Shown: positions 13,101 through 27,910, counted from the stretch's first letter. The stretch is DNA of 64,000 bases from Azolla caroliniana (GCA_043228905.1 JBHGNT010000012.1:14880001-14944000); one strand, 5' to 3'. The notes: generated from the letters alone by a model not told the origin. A program made the numbers and translations.

Positions 13101-16100
13101 GAAAGTTTTCAGGGTGCAAATGTACAATTCTGGCCTGGATTCCAAGATAATGCTAATGCTAGTAGTTATAACTATGAATCAGTCGGTGTTGGATTTCAAG
13201 ACAGTGCTAATTCCAGTAGCTATAACAACTTTGCATCACAGAATGCTTACAAGCTGTCAGATAGTACTGCATTTTTTGGCAACCAACCAGCTGTTGTCCA
13301 ACCACATTCTGCTGATTCCTCTGCAGGACGCCCTTTGCATCCATTAGCAGTCTTTGGATTTGGTGGCAAGCTTGTAGTCATGAAGGTATTTAAACAATTT
13401 GATTCTCTGAATGTGCCCACCTGCATATTTTTATCTAATGTAAAATCAGCTTTTGTTTTCATATAAACTCTAATCATGTTTGCAACTTTTGTAGGCTTTG
13501 CAAATGGGGAAACCTGAGCCTATTGTTTTTCATGATCTGAACCAGTTAGTATTGAGTGCCGAAAATCATAGCTACAATGATGGAAAAACATATTTTTCTG
13601 CCTTGAATCATCAAGGGTTGACATTTCCTTTGGTAGGGCATGGGCCTACCAGCAAAGAATTGGTAAAATGGATTGATGAGCGTACCGAGAAGTGTGAGAC
13701 TGAAGATCGGCATTGCACGAGCTCGGAAGCACTTTCTGTGCTATGGGGTGTCCTAAAGATTGCTTGTTCGCATTATGGGAAGCTGCGATCTCTAGCGGGA
13801 TCAGCCGGCCTAAAATCACAGGTTTGTCATAACTGAAATAGATGTTAATTCCCTCTGTTTGGTAGAAAAACAAAAGAATGATTTGATATGTCTATTGAAG
13901 CTGAAGCTGCCATGAAGACCCAAATTTGTTTACAATCATAATGTTGTGTGGTATCTCCTCCAGACAAAAAGAAAAAGCTCGTTAAGATGATAATAACCTA
14001 AACTAAAAATGGAGAAGATGAGAATTGAACCCGTGATGCTTTTGATTCAGGCAGAAGATGGACCTGAGGTTGCTTTAGGGAAGTTGTTATCTGCTGCCAA
14101 GAACCAGAGACAATGGAATCTAGCAGGGAATCCAGGTTTGGATGCATTGTGCACTTTACCTCGAGAAGACCAACTACAGGTGCTGTTAAATTTGAAGTGT
14201 TTTTATATATTAGTTTTTTATTTGCTGTATTGTCTTTTTAACATATTTCAGAATATATTCGCAGGCAACTGCCCGTGAAGTGAGAGTGAATTTGATGGAT
14301 GGGAAACGGAAAGAAGCTCTTCATCTTGCTCAGCAAGGTCAACTGTGGGGTCTTGCCCTTGTCCTTGCATGGCAATTGGGAGAGAAGGTTTGTTATATCC
14401 TATATGCCAAGTTGTTTTGAGCTTATTTTTTCCCTTATTTTTCCATCTCTTATTGTTTAGACTTTTACCCATATTTTATATATGTGACTAGATCTGTCTT
14501 CTGAAAGGCCCATATTTCTATTTCCCAAGCTATTTAAGTTTTTTTCTCTGTAATTTCTTGTACTGGTTTCAATTTTTTTAATATTTATGTTAAACTTGAC
14601 ATGAGCTTTGGTATCAATGAGTTAAGGTTCGATGTCATAACTACTAAGTAAATTATTGAAGTAGCATAATTGAGGTCCACAAATACATTTCATTTGAAAT
14701 TAAGTAGTTTTTCATCCATTTCATAATAGGACATGACCTGTTTGCAAATAATAAGTGCTCTGATTTTTGAGATTGTTTTCATTTTTCATCCATTTTTATA
14801 GGATGTGTTTTTGTTTAACAAATAATTAGTGTTTTCTTGTTCACAAATGTTCTCAATGATCCCAGATTAAGGTAATTGACAACATTGTTTTTTTCTTCAT
14901 CAGGCTTATTCAGATACTATTCTGCAAATGGCCCAGCAGCAATTTTTTCCTGGTTCTCCTATGCGAACGCTACTCTTACTTTTTGCGGGACAGACCACTG
15001 AACTTTTCAACTCTCAAAATGTTGTATTGTCAACTGGGACACCTGGTCCTTATTTGCCAGGTTCTTCCACTATAAAGGTTGTGATCTCTGAAGAGAAATT
15101 CTGTAGGTCTTGTTTTACCATTGATGAAACTATCTCCACATGATTGCAACTTGGATTGAAAATTTTAGCTGCAAGGCAACTTGCACTGTGGTCATCTTTG
15201 TGATATCGATATTTGGATTTTCTTGCTTTGAAAGCCACTGGTTTGGATTTATATTTAAGGAATGTGCATGGTTTTAGCCTTGAACTCTGACAGGAATTTT
15301 TAGAGCAAATTATGATCATAAAAAGCAGTTTAGGCTGGGAAAAACCTCTTATCCAGACATGACATGATGTTAAAGGAAGTTTGATGCTATATTTTCCACT
15401 CAATGCCTTAGTGTTGGAACTAATTGCATTAGAGGTGATTGCAAAAATGATCTATTGACATCAATGGTGAATAATGGGCCATGAATGTTTATGCTTATTG
15501 GTGAGTGTGATGAAGAGTAAGGGTTTAGTAGATGATGTTTTATGGGGATGACAGAGTAAGGGTTCTTCATGGGTTATTAGAACTTGTTTGTAAGTTCGAT
15601 GCTTCCTCATTTTATGTCCGAGTTCCAACCAAAGGATTAAATATTCATCTAAGGTGCTACCATTGCGTTAAACCACATCAAGTGTCATAAACTGAACATC
15701 TGGTTGTTGGAGTCTCGATTGAAATACGAAAACTGAAACCTTATTTGGAGACATTGTATGAACCCTTGTTTGAAATACGAAACCTTATTTTAGACTACGT
15801 ATCTGGGAAATATGTTAAATTTCTTTTGCTACAACAGGACAGTGCTGGAGGTATGCTTGGAGACTGGTTGGGGAACTTGTCAGTTATTGCTGCAAATCCA
15901 ACCAAAGGAGATGATCAAGTTATCACTCACTTGGGTGATTCTTTATGGAAGGACCTAGGAGAGGTAGTATTTTGTGTAAGTTTTACTGTAAAGATACTAT
16001 GGTACATGTAGTTGGAGAAGCTAATTACTTCAATGCTGACAGGTAGCCGGGGCACATACCTGTTATTTGGTTGCTGATGCTAGTTTTGAATCTTTTTCAC

Positions 16101-19100
16101 GAGAAGCTAGATTGTGTCTTATTGGTGCAGACCATTTTAAGCATCAACGAACTTTTGCAACACCTCTAGCAATACAGGTGAGTGTAGGAACCATTGGCTT
16201 CAACCCGCTGATTTATGCTTTGCTTTTCTAGTAGTCAAATTCATTTACATTTTTTTTAATGTTGCTGGTACCATTTCATCCATTAGTTTATTTCATACAT
16301 TTCTCCTTTTCTAAAACAGCTGTGTAATGTGTTTTCTACAGAGAACAGAGATTTTTGAGTATGCTAAAGTGTTGGGAAATTCACAGTATATTTTAGTTCC
16401 ATTTCAGCCATACAAACTTCTGTATGCATATATGTTGGCAGAAGCTGGAAAAATATCTGAGGCATCTAGGTTTGTCCTTTGTGTACAATTTTCTTTACTA
16501 TGGATGTAGTCTGTAGGGATTGTGATTCATAGAATATTTTGATTTATGAGTAGAATTTTGTGAGCAAACGCAATCTATTGTATATCCATCCCTTTGCTTC
16601 ACATCAGGTACTGCCAGGTTGTAATAAAAGCATTGAAGAATGCTGGTCGTGCACCTGAAATTGAATTCTGCAAACAATCAGCTGTAGCACTAGAGGAGCG
16701 GTTGCGTTTGCATTCTCAGGTGTGATGTTCAGCTGTGGACTTTTGTTGATGTTACTACTGGTCATATTCGTGTTTTTTTGATGTGTTGCTATTCATTTTG
16801 AGTAGGGTGGATATAACTTAAACTTTTCCACGGGGAAGCTGGTGGGAAGAGTTATGGGTACCATTGACAGTACCATTCACAAGATCATTGGTGGTCCTCA
16901 TTTACCCCCGGTTGAGAAACCAACTCCAACCCCTGCAAATTCTGGGGATTGGGTTTCAAATAGTCAGAAATATGCCACCCCGGTAAAATCTAAAAACGAA
17001 CAAATATATGGATATCCAGGCACACCTAATAAAGCAACACCAATAGGTCCATCTGCGTCCATTAACAATTTGGTTAATACTAATAGTAATCAAGTTGATA
17101 TGGTTGCAAGAAGTGTGTCTGAACCGAATTTGAGCTGGAGCCCAGCACAGGTACAATTTCCTGATATTTATTTTTGATGCATATTGATAGATGCACCTTT
17201 CCACGCTTGGAAAACAAGCTTCTCCTGCAACCCCTTTTGGTACAAGTGTTTATTTTTCATCTGTTTATCTCGCATAGGAAGTGCAAAAGTCTACAGCGAG
17301 TTCAGAAACATCGTCTTCCTCTCCAAAAAAGCCACCCAAACCCCAAGGATCAACCGGTGGTTACTTTGGTCGCTTTGGAAGCCAAATTCTATCAAAGGCA
17401 GTTGGGTTAATCAAGCATAGTAAACATGAGGTATGCATCTATGTGTGTGCTTGAATTCAGATTGGAAGAATGTAGCATGGATTGCATCACGTACCTCAAA
17501 AATTTACTAGATATGGTCTTAATCCAGGCTAAGCTAGGTGATGAAAATAAGTTCTATTATGATGAAAAACTAAAGCGATGGGTTGAAACTGGCGTCGATC
17601 AAAGTCAAGAAGAAGCAGTTTTGGCACCGCCACCTATGGCTACCAAATTCAGCTCTAGCGCTGGAGGAAGTCCAATGGCGGATGCAAAATCTAGTGGCGA
17701 ATCTCAAGGTGTTGGACCGAATGGTTCTTCCACACTAAGCTCTTCTGCAGATTTGCCACCTATGCCACCTGGTATCAATCAGTTCTCAGCTCGTGGGCGC
17801 TTACAAGGTGTAAGATCAAGGTGAGATTTTAACGAGTTTATGATGCTTATAGTTGCATAGGTCATATTTGACATCTGAGGACAATAATATAATCTTATGA
17901 CAGTAGCTGAATTGATGTTCTATAGGTTAGTTCATAATGGATCCAGGGAATTTTCTACAAAAGCATATAGATACACATGTTAGATTTGTTCATAGCGAGG
18001 TAAATGTGTGAATTGGTGCTAGGTAGATTCTTCATATCTGTTTTGATATTACTTTTTGGAGATAGTCTCAAATGCTGTCGAACTTCTTACGCAAGGTAAA
18101 AATGTGAATTGGTGGTAGGTACATCATTTGTACTTATTTAGATGGTACTCCTGTAGAAAAACTCAAATGTTGTTGGCACTTTGTACTTTTAATGAAGTCT
18201 ACAGATTGATATATAGCATGATGGTTCCATTTTTGTGACATGGAAAAAGCTCTCTTGAAATGAATTTTTATGTAGTGACATCTACACATTTATATAGCTT
18301 GATAGGTAGCCAAGCATTCATTTGACGCATGGAAAAATTCTTATTTTAACTTGTGCTTTTTCATGCATTGTGAAGACACTAGACACCTATACATGTCCTG
18401 AACCCTGACAATTATACTAGACACTAGACACTTGTGTTTTACAGGTATGTTGACACTTTCAATAAAGGAAACACGCCCTCCCCAGCAAAACCTACGGAAT
18501 CACCCATTGTACCTATGGGAGGATGGGGCAAGGCTTCGAGTCCATCCCAATTTTTCACAGCTGCATCAGTTTCACCCACCACAGAGAGCAGTAATGAAAA
18601 CCTTGCTAATGGATATAGCTTTGGTGGAACGATGTTATCAAACATGGCATCAAATAATACTCCCCTGATTGATCAACTACAAGGAGATCATGAACCTCTG
18701 TTGCCCAAGGATCTATCGTCGAGCTTTATGGCGGTACCCCTCGCCCAACGGCATTCTAGTGCAAGTGATCTATCTACACTTAGTGGTAACACCATGGCAT
18801 CGGCAGCGGATCATGATAAAAAAAATGCATATGCGAACATATCAAAAGCAGCTTCGTGGAGCGGTGAAGCCCCAAAAGTCCATATGCAAAGATCTGCATT
18901 GGATACTAGTGGTGACATTGATACGACTACCGGTAAGCAAGCACTTATGAATGGGATAAGTAGCTTCTTACCATCACCACCTGTGGTTGAACCCCAGGCA
19001 TCTTTTTCAAGCTTTGGGAGTGGTCATTTACCGATGATGAACATGCCACCACCACCGATGAGCTTACAGGGAGGCATCTATGGTGAAATGCAAGAGGTTG

Positions 19101-19108
19101 AATTGTAA
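10170..19108 (+). CDS. SEC16: Protein transport protein SEC16 (MAG5-like COPII/ERES scaffold). Exons approx. 10170-13385, 13495-13821, 14051-14179, 14265-14387, 14904-15077, 15838-15963, 16043-16177, 16342-16469, 16608-16719, 16806-17150, 17278-17430, 17528-17820, 18445-19108
   Basis: Plant SEC16 hallmarks: N-terminal DSDFFEQL, two YPGWYxD motifs, GRPLHPLAVFGFGGKLVVMK, LWGVLKIACSHYGKLRS, AHTCYLVADA...RLCLIGADH, RTEIFEYAKVLGNSQ, AKLGDENKFYYDEKLKRWVE, GVRSRYVDTFN and a C-terminal MQEVEL. GT-AG introns at all listed boundaries. Confidence 0.95.
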
Positions 19109-20994
19109 TTGTAAAGCAAAAAAAGTGTCATTATACTTGGGGGTATAATCTGTTCATTATTCATGTGCAAAAAAACACTCTTTTCTTTTAAGAATGTAAA
19201 GTTCAGTAGGACGAAACGGGGCATTGGCAAGGAGAGTTTTTGCCAAAAAAAGAATCTGTTGTCGGATGCAAAATGATTTTATGCTTTTTGCTTTCATCAT
19301 CAGGAGGCAATGTAAATAGAAAGTTTGAGGTGAGATCAGACCACAGTTTTGGACAGTTATATATAAAAGTGGTGAAAGGTGCCCATATTAAGGTTCAATT
19401 ATTCTTTGGGTATTCCATAAATGTCGGCAAGCAAAATGCCAACCTGAATCGAACCCTCATTCTATTGCATGGGATAGCATTTGTTTAATTCTCATCAAAC
19501 TTGCCCAATTGGGATTTTGTGGCCAACGATATACTTGCAATTTGGATTCATTTTTATGCCACACCATGGAAATCCAAATATTAATGCAACCTTTTCATGT
19601 CTCTCCTGTGAATTGTGTTGATGCAAATAAATTTAATATTGTGATTGGTTTATATTTCCACATGCATTTACAATTGTTTTGAGTAAATGATGTATTTTAG
19701 AGTTGTCACTGAAAGTGGCTATTCGATTTGGTAAATTTTCTATGCACGTTTCAGGGTTCCAGGTGAACTTTAAAATTTAAATCATTTATGGGTATGCATA
19801 CTTTCACCTTGGTGCTTACTCAAAGTGTACACATGAGAACCTTATTTGCTCAATTATGGTATGCATAATGATATATTTGCTATATAAAATTAATCGAACG
19901 GTGGACTGACATGATTCATGAATGTGGTGAGCAGAATAGTATAGTGAGAATAGGAAGACATTGATGTGACATTTTGATTTCTTAAATGTCGCTTGCATAT
20001 AGTACTCGTTTACAAATTTGAGATCCAAACATCTGTTTGTGGTTAAGGAGGTGCCAAAGGAAAAAAACCATTGGGACATCTTAATTTGTATCATCTCAGA
20101 TTTCAATCATGTGAGAAACCATGAACCTTTCTTGTTTGAGGTTAATTGAGTATAAATAAGTTGCTACACTTAATGATCAGTCTTTTAGATGTGCATAACC
20201 CATCTCAACTTGATCAATGCCCTATATTCTTCATGAATCTACAACAAAGCTGTGTCTTCATAGTACAATGGAATATGATCTTAAGGATCGTTGTGAACCT
20301 ATTTCTATGAAATGTAGATTGTCTCCCACCTAAAGGGATTGAAAATGAAGCAATGGCATCTACCATAGTGTGAAAGGACTCCTGAAAGAGTATTGCCCTT
20401 TTCAAGCTTTTAAATTTCCTTTAATGTGGCACTCTTGTAAGACCATGAACTTGACCTCCAACATCCTCAATCTTTTGTGACATCATTTATGATTGCGAAC
20501 CATCATTTATCTAATCAAAATTTTGGAAGCACTCACTCATGGTCAATCAAATTTCTTGTACTAATTGATTGTTAAACTAAATATACCAAATCAAACAATA
20601 GAGTATCGTTGTTGTTTCATCAACCACCAATAGGATGAATGGGTTGACATTTTACATTACGTTCAATTCTTTCTCTCACAAGATATTCTCCATTCTTTGC
20701 AAACATAGTATGTCGTCTTCATTGGACAATCCTTCAACATCTTGAAGTCTTGAAAAATCCTATTGCCGAGGATCGTCTACTTTGCTCCAAGAAATTCAAG
20801 CTACCCTTTCCTTGATGTTACTTCTTAGTTTGACCCTCCTTTGTATAGACTCATCCATGAAGTCAATATAAATCTCCTCTTGAAATTACGTTTATTGAGT
20901 AATTATTAAAAGGAGTTAATATCTAACGTGCTCCAAAGTATCTAAGGGTGAACTTGATTGAAATGTATTTTTCGTCATACTTTTGACAACCATT

Positions 20995-23077
20995 CGGTAG
21001 GGTTGGAACGTGCCAATAAGCATACTACTTTATGTTGATAATCTAGTCATCGTCGACCTCGACCTAGAAGAAATTGGCCGAGTCAAGCCTCAATTGGTGA
21101 CATTGTTCAAAATGAAGGACTTGGGGGACCTTCATTACTTCCTCGGGATTGATGTGATCCGCACCCCAGAAAGCATACTAATCAATCAATGACATTATGT
21201 ATTGAGTATGCTCTTCAAGTTCAGAATGCCGAATTGTAAATTAGTCACAACTCTCCTGGAACGAAATGTCAAGCTTCGCCAAGGATCGGGAATGGTGTGC
21301 GATGCGACATGGTTCTGCCAGATTGTCGAAAGCCTCATATATTTGACTATCACCTGGCAGGACTTGAGCTATCCGGTCGAACTGATGAATTAATTTATTT
21401 CGCAACCCTCAATCGAACACATTTAGTGCATGCAAAGGATTTTGAGATATGTGAGTGGCACGAAGGATAGGGCGTTGCTATATCGGACCGGTGTAGTTGG
21501 ACAACTAGTCGGCTACATGGATCCCGATTGGGCCGAAAACGCCGGCGATTGCTGACCAACATCAGGATACTCGTTCTCCTTAGGGAGTGTAGCGATCGCC
21601 TGGTGTAGCAAGAAGTAGCCAATAGTGGTAGTGTCGAGCACTGAGGCCAAGTATTGAGGAGTGGTTGTCGCGACATGCGAAGCCGTGTGGCTCAAGAGGC
21701 TGTTGAGAGATTTGTAGATGGAGGTGTCCGAGTCGATAATAATATACTGTGACAACCTCAGTAGTATTCAACTAGCCAAGAACCCCATCTTCCACTCCCG
21801 GACAAAGCATATTGAGGTACACTATCATTTTGTTTGTGATCGGGTGCTCTCCCGTGAAGTGAAACTTGTTTACATTTCGACCGATTGGCAAGTGGCCAAT
21901 ATCTTCAGCAAACCTCTAGGCCTAGACAAGTTACGATTTTTTTTGAGTATGCTTGGGTTATAACACCTCGACATGCCGAACTTGAGGGGGAGAAGCGAAA
22001 GCAGAATTAAGGGCAAGAGCAAAAGAGATGAAGTTTGAGAAGCCGAATCAGAAGTGGAATTCAATTTCGGGACAACTAAAAAAGCGGAGGACGGATCGGA
22101 TGAGAGGACAAGCGGAAGAAGAACGGTTAAGTGTAGACTAACCAATTATAGGGGGAGCGGCCAGAAGAGTGAGGTGAAGCCCGAGACAATCAAATGAGGG
22201 AGAGGTAGAGTCGAGAGAGGCAAGGTCAAAGGTGGCAGAGCCGTGGAGAAGAAGGCCAAGACTTGGGTTGATATAGTCAAAGACTTGAAGGGAGACGAAT
22301 CAGAGACAACCGATTTGGGTAAGAGGAATGATTCAAATGAGTTGAATCATATGAAGGACAAGTGGACGAGAGGGCAACTGAAGCCGATACCGACGTGGAG
22401 GAGCCGATGGGTCGAGGGATGCAAATTCTGTAAGGGCAAGAGGGCCATTGAGGGCCTTGGTAGCAGATAAGTTGACCGTGTAGGTCGAGGAGCGTGGGAT
22501 TGGATGGGTCATGGAGTGCGAGCAAGAAGGCAAGTAGCCACAATAAGCTGGAGAGAAGAACTGGCAAGAGTGGACGAATGGACGGAACCTCAAGTTGAGC
22601 TTGAGGGGGAGTGTGGAGAGACAAGCTCAACATGGCCCGACCGACTGAAGAAACTAGAAGTCGGATCGGCTAAAGAAGCCGAAAACCAAATCGGATGAAG
22701 GCCAATCGGCTAGGCTGGATCAACTGAAGAAGCCGAAAGACGGATTAGACAAAGGTCGATCGGCCAGGGCCGTATTGGCTGAAGAAGTCGAGAGCTGGAT
22801 CAGCGGGGAGTCGGCAGGCTGTTAGGGCCAATATTCCTATTCATAGTAATAGGAATACTTTTGGGAGTCAGTGTCAGATGCTTAGTTATGAGCATTCAAG
22901 TACTTGTCAGTACTTGAGTCAACCTATGTCAGAGACTTGTATATAAAGTTGTTGAATGTTGTACTCACTCAGTGTGTGTGTGTGTGTGTGTGTGTTTGTG
23001 TGTGTTTTCCTAACTGTCTTTTGGTATTCAGCCGAACTGACTATGTCTTCTGTTTGTACAAGCTTTCACACCTAATA
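20995..23077 (+). mobile_element. Ty1/copia element B, 5'-truncated (RT end, RNase H, 3' extension, PPT, 3' LTR 22612-~23077)
   Basis: ILLYVDNLVI, MKDLGDLHYFLGI and RTKHIEVHYHFV motifs. PPT TTGAGGGGGAG at 22601-22611 followed by TGTGGAGAGACAAGCTCAAC. The LTR contains a (TG)n tract. Confidence 0.9.
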
Positions 23078-23800
23078 TTTTTCAATGGCCCTCTCTACTA
23101 GCATGCTTAAACAATCGAACATGGTCAAGTTTTTATTTTATCTGGTTGTGTTGTCGAATTGCATGTATAAAACTGACGGTATTATACATAGCCAAGGTTG
23201 TAACACTCTTCACATAACTGTGATTGTAAGATTAGGGTCTTTGTGGATATTAGGATAAGTTAAGAATACTTGAGGCCTTATTGTCTGACAGTACATCAAA
23301 CAACCTACTAGATGCATTTACACTAGACATTCATCTCCAATGTCCTTTGGCAACCATTGGAAGTGTGACAAACAAGTCTTCTTCTGATCCATGCTGTCTA
23401 TAATCATGCACATATACTTTTGGGTGATTGAAGCACTTTTTGTCGGTGATGCATAACTTTAGAATGTTCCAATGTTTGACTTTCACGATGTTCTTTTCAT
23501 CGATTCTTACAATTCTTTATTTCTTCATCTAATCTCCCACTCTTTGCCATACTTTTTAAACTTGCACATATTGAGCAGACACCCATCCTTACCTTTCGCG
23601 GTATAACCACATCGTTAAATTGTAACCTCCATAATTGATTAAAATGTCTATATTGTATGTAAGGTACACCTTCTAACAACATGTCATCCTTATACGCTTG
23701 GTAAACCTCATGACAAGTGAAGTTATTAGACAAATACAATCTTCTAGTAGTAGGTGTTATCCGTGGGACAAAGGGCACGAGGTGTGAAATGAATCTAAAG
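23078..23800 (-). pseudogene. Degenerate DNA-transposase-like sequence (Sola-like / DUF7869-type)
   Basis: Hand translation of the minus strand gives RRLYLS...EVYQAY...FNQLWRLQFNDVVIP...CSIC, IIDSMDQKKTCLSHF, DPNLTITV and LYMQFDNTTR*NKN. It has internal stops and is truncated by the copia B LTR. Confidence 0.65.
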
Positions 23801-24195
23801 AGACGAGTAGGTCAAGTATGTAAAAAACGAATCGGCCGAGCACTAGCAACCGAGGAAGGTAGAACGAAATACATGCATCCGGGAATAAAGGGTCGTGAAT
23901 TAGGAGGGAGTAGTTGAAGCATGCCAAGGAGAGAATAGGCTATATAAATCGTGGAGCAATAGAAGAAGGGGTGAATATATACATATGTTATGACATAGAA
24001 AGAGAAAGAAAGATATATTAACGTCTTCTAAGCCCAAAATTGACCCATGAGACAAATGGTTTACAACAAAAAATGGGATATTTACCCATTCATCGAAAGT
24101 AAAAAATAAAAATAGAGTTTTAAGCTAAATAGTTCTAGTAAAATAAAATAACAAACATGTTCTACAATGAAAATGATGTTATACTAGGCCTAATT

Positions 24196-27100
24196 TCATT
24201 TCCATCCAAGTCTCTCGAAGAGAAGCGGGAGGTCAAAGGGTTTCGATGTGTATGTGGCTCGTGGCCCCAATGTAAAAGGTACCCCAACCATAGCTTCTAG
24301 TTGACGTAGCTCACGTTCCCTTATCTTCTTAATCCTTTCTACTCCGTGTGGACTTGTTTTGAAGCCCAACATCTGAGGCTGTTTGGTTGTTCTTTGCATT
24401 TCGGCTTCCTCAAGAGAGACGCCGAGCGGCATTAGTGTATCCACATTCATCGTCTCCCCTTATTCCTGAAAAATTACACTAGTTACAAGTTGATGAATAG
24501 TAAAAGGGTTATGGTTAACACTTTGTAATTTATTCTCCCTATGTTGTTTTAGCTCTAAGATATACCTACTGAGTCTCTTTACATCCGGAGTACCTAATAG
24601 TTTGGAGAGGGTCCTAATATGTCTTGGTATTCCACTCATATCTCGGCATAAGTTGGGCACTTGCATGTGAAGTGATACTCATCCTCTATCTCTATGTGGC
24701 ACAACCTACATAGCCTTTCCTCCCTAGGGACTCTATTAGCCCGACCATTTTCAATCTCAAGTTGGTGAGATGATATCCTAAGTTGTCCAATGGCAACCCT
24801 TAGTGCATTTGATAAGAATGTATCTAGATATCTTGGTCGTGTAATAAAACCTAACTGAGAGAAGTGCAAGAAGTGTTCCTTATAGTACAACATTTTAGAT
24901 GGGAGTGGCTCTCGTAGGGTAATCCATTTATATCGAGTGTAAATTTGCCATATTTCTTGGCGTATCACTTTATTACGGTCTTCATGAGATATTAGAGTTT
25001 GGTCAGTCCCATGGTTGTACTTAAGGGGGGGTAGGTTATTAATGTCTATGTTGTTTGCAAGTAACCAACTCACCACAGTGCTATACCAAGAGCTAGTGTC
25101 TCCAGACGCATGTAGGGATCGAGATGCCTCAAAGGCTCGACGGGACATCCTATCTTGTGGTTGGCTATGTATCTGATGAATAAAAACTACCACTTGAAGC
25201 AGTGCTTCTACTAACATCAGGGGCAGATTGAACTCTGCTCTAATAATGTCATGTGGTACTGTCGATTTGCTTCGGAGTTGATGTGATAACATCGTCACCA
25301 AAGGTTTCTCTAATTGCATCCACATGAAAGATGGTAGACCTGGAGCACATACTGCTGATGCATACATGAGGGAAGGGGTCACTAATGAGTCGAAGAGCCA
25401 TCCCTTAGTTCGTGACTCTTGAAAGTATGCTTGGTGGCATTGTCTCTCTAAGAATGAGAGGGATGCATACCCTCTCGTTAGCCTATCTTTGGTTGCTTGG
25501 GTCATTGAGAATTTACCTGAGCAAGCACTAAAAGTGACTCCCAAGTATACATATGATCCGACTACCTCAACTAGTTTATGAGAGAGGATTAGGTGACATT
25601 TACTCCTAACTCGGGACGATGTATGAAAGATAAGGACTTTAGTTTTCGCTAGATTCACTACCAGTCCTCGTTGTGTACAAAAGTCATCTAGGGCATTAAG
25701 ATGCTTTTGTAGGTCGTGTTCTGACACCGAGAGCAAGACAATGTCGTCTACGTAGAGTAAGAGACTAACTTGCGTATCCCCAATACCTACTCCCTTGCCT
25801 CCCTTACAAGCAATAAAATCAGTGATCTCATTAATGTAGATCCCAGAAAGAGTCGGTGATAGGGGGCAACCCTGTTTTACACCAATGGTGCTAGTGAAAC
25901 AATCGGATAGGCCACCTGGGCATCTTACGCACGTAGAGACTTGCTCATATAGGGCATAAATGGCCCAGATCATGTCATTTGGTATCTCCAAGCTCTTAAG
26001 TCTATCAAACAACTTCTCCCTAGGAATTGTGTCAAAGGCTTTGCGGAAGTCCACAAAGCAACAATATAGTTTCTTCTTACGAGCCTTCGTCTGGTCAATT
26101 AAGCACCTAAGTGGGAAGATATGGTCAATAGTGGAGAAGGCTCGTCTAAAGCCAACATGCTCAGGTGCTCGAAGACTTAATGTTTCCATATAATCACTAA
26201 GCTCCGTTTCCATTACCGCACCATATAGTTTAGCAAGCGTATGGCCTATCATAATGGTCATATATGTATTTGGGTCCATTGGGCCCCCTCTTTTATGTAT
26301 AGGGGCCACTGTGTTCATGGTCCATTGTGGTGGAAAACCCTCGGCAAGGGTGAGGTTGAAGATTAGAGTGAGAAAGGAGGCAAGGCACTCTCGAGCATAT
26401 ATGATGTGCTCGGCTCACAATCCTGTGTGGTCCATGGATTTCCTATGTGGTAATTTTTTTATGACCTTCGTGACCCTAAAGGTCGTGAAAAGTGTCCCCA
26501 TGTTAGGTAGGGGTGTGGAAGGCATTAGGATGGGTGGTTGGTTCGGGACATGGTAGAGTCTCTCGATATATGTGTGCCAAATATTGGGATCCTTGATGGG
26601 TGTTTGTGGTCGTGGTTCCCATAGTCTCTTCCATGCAAGGGCGCAATCCCTACTCATGAGCATATGGTAGAGTTCCCAATATTGGGATGCTTCCCAAGCT
26701 CGTCTTTTACGACGTGCCATCTTGCACATCTCTTTTCGAGCCTGTATTGAGGAAATAGTACCACTAAGCCACGGCACTTTAAGTTGTCTATACAACTCTC
26801 TAAATCCTCTTCATACCACTTGTTCTGTGGCATAGACCCTATTCTACTATGATTGGAGTGTTTCATATATGGGAAGCTACTAATTGCCACTAAGTGAAGG
26901 GTGTGTGCGAGTTCTGCAACGAGGTTCTCTAAAGGCAAGGAAGAATCAAAAGAGGAGAGATGGGCTTGAACATGTCGAGAGTAGATGTTAGCAAGTTCAT
27001 GCGTGAAATGTATTATGGTCTGATGGTTTGGCTGACTAGAGTTGGTGGCATGGGAGGTGTCACATTTTAGCTCAAAGTATAGGAAGCTATGGTCTGCACC

Positions 27101-27910
27101 AATGGGGCATGGGGCCACCCGGAAGGAGTTAACCATGTGGGTAGCTTCAGGGCGTCCTATTAGGTAATCAATTGTGCTTTCCCCTCCTCCATGTGGGAAA
27201 CATGTGAGCGCTTCCGAGCCCGACCACTTGGCTAAGCCATTATATATGATCATTTGGTGTCAGCTTCCAAGTTCAAGTAGATGATGGCCAAATCTTGTGG
27301 CGTCCGCACCTTGATCCTTTGATGTACGCGTTATGTCTAACTCTAAAGGGTCGACATTCACCATTTCGAGGTTTCTATCCATCTGAAATATTGTTCATTG
27401 TCGGGATTGTGTTCTCGCATTGAAATCTCCTACAAGGAAGACTTCCCCTTGAGAAGAATATCGGATTATGTCATCCGATAAAGGTTCGTATGGAGAAGGC
27501 CCATGCGACGTTCCTTCATCAACTATACTCGCCTCTCCAGCCATATTATACCGGGATCCGTTCGGGGGGAAGTAACACACAACGATAAATATCGCCCGAT
27601 CCTTGCTAGTGAGGACTTTCACCCACATAAAATTGGCTTCTGGGTCTTTCTTTAGTATTTCTATCCTATTTTGTATCTCTCTCCAAAATAGTATCACAAC
27701 ACCTCCAGACCCCCTAGTAGTATGTGGACGTGAGGTTTGTCTAATGGCAGATTCCCAACGAAAATCGTCAACTTGTGGCAGTCTTCGATTTGGGCTCTGA
27801 TGTATGTTAGATACCTTCAAAATCTCCTCTAGATGGCCTGGGTGTGTCGAAAGTGCATTGTTACAGTTCCATAAAGTCATCCTAAGTTTATTGTCTGTCA
27901 CATGGGCCAC
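24196..27910 (-). pseudogene. LINE ORF2 (AP endonuclease + reverse transcriptase + CCHC), disrupted
   Basis: ORF track pieces 27395-27910, 26654-27253, 26415-26795, 24636-26318, 24460-24666 and 24196-24450 join up through stops and frameshifts. Confidence 0.9.

Noticed and set aside
10170-13466. 1098-aa ORF as a stand-alone gene
   Set aside because: It is SEC16 exon 1 reading through the donor at 13386; the conserved domains continue in downstream exons.
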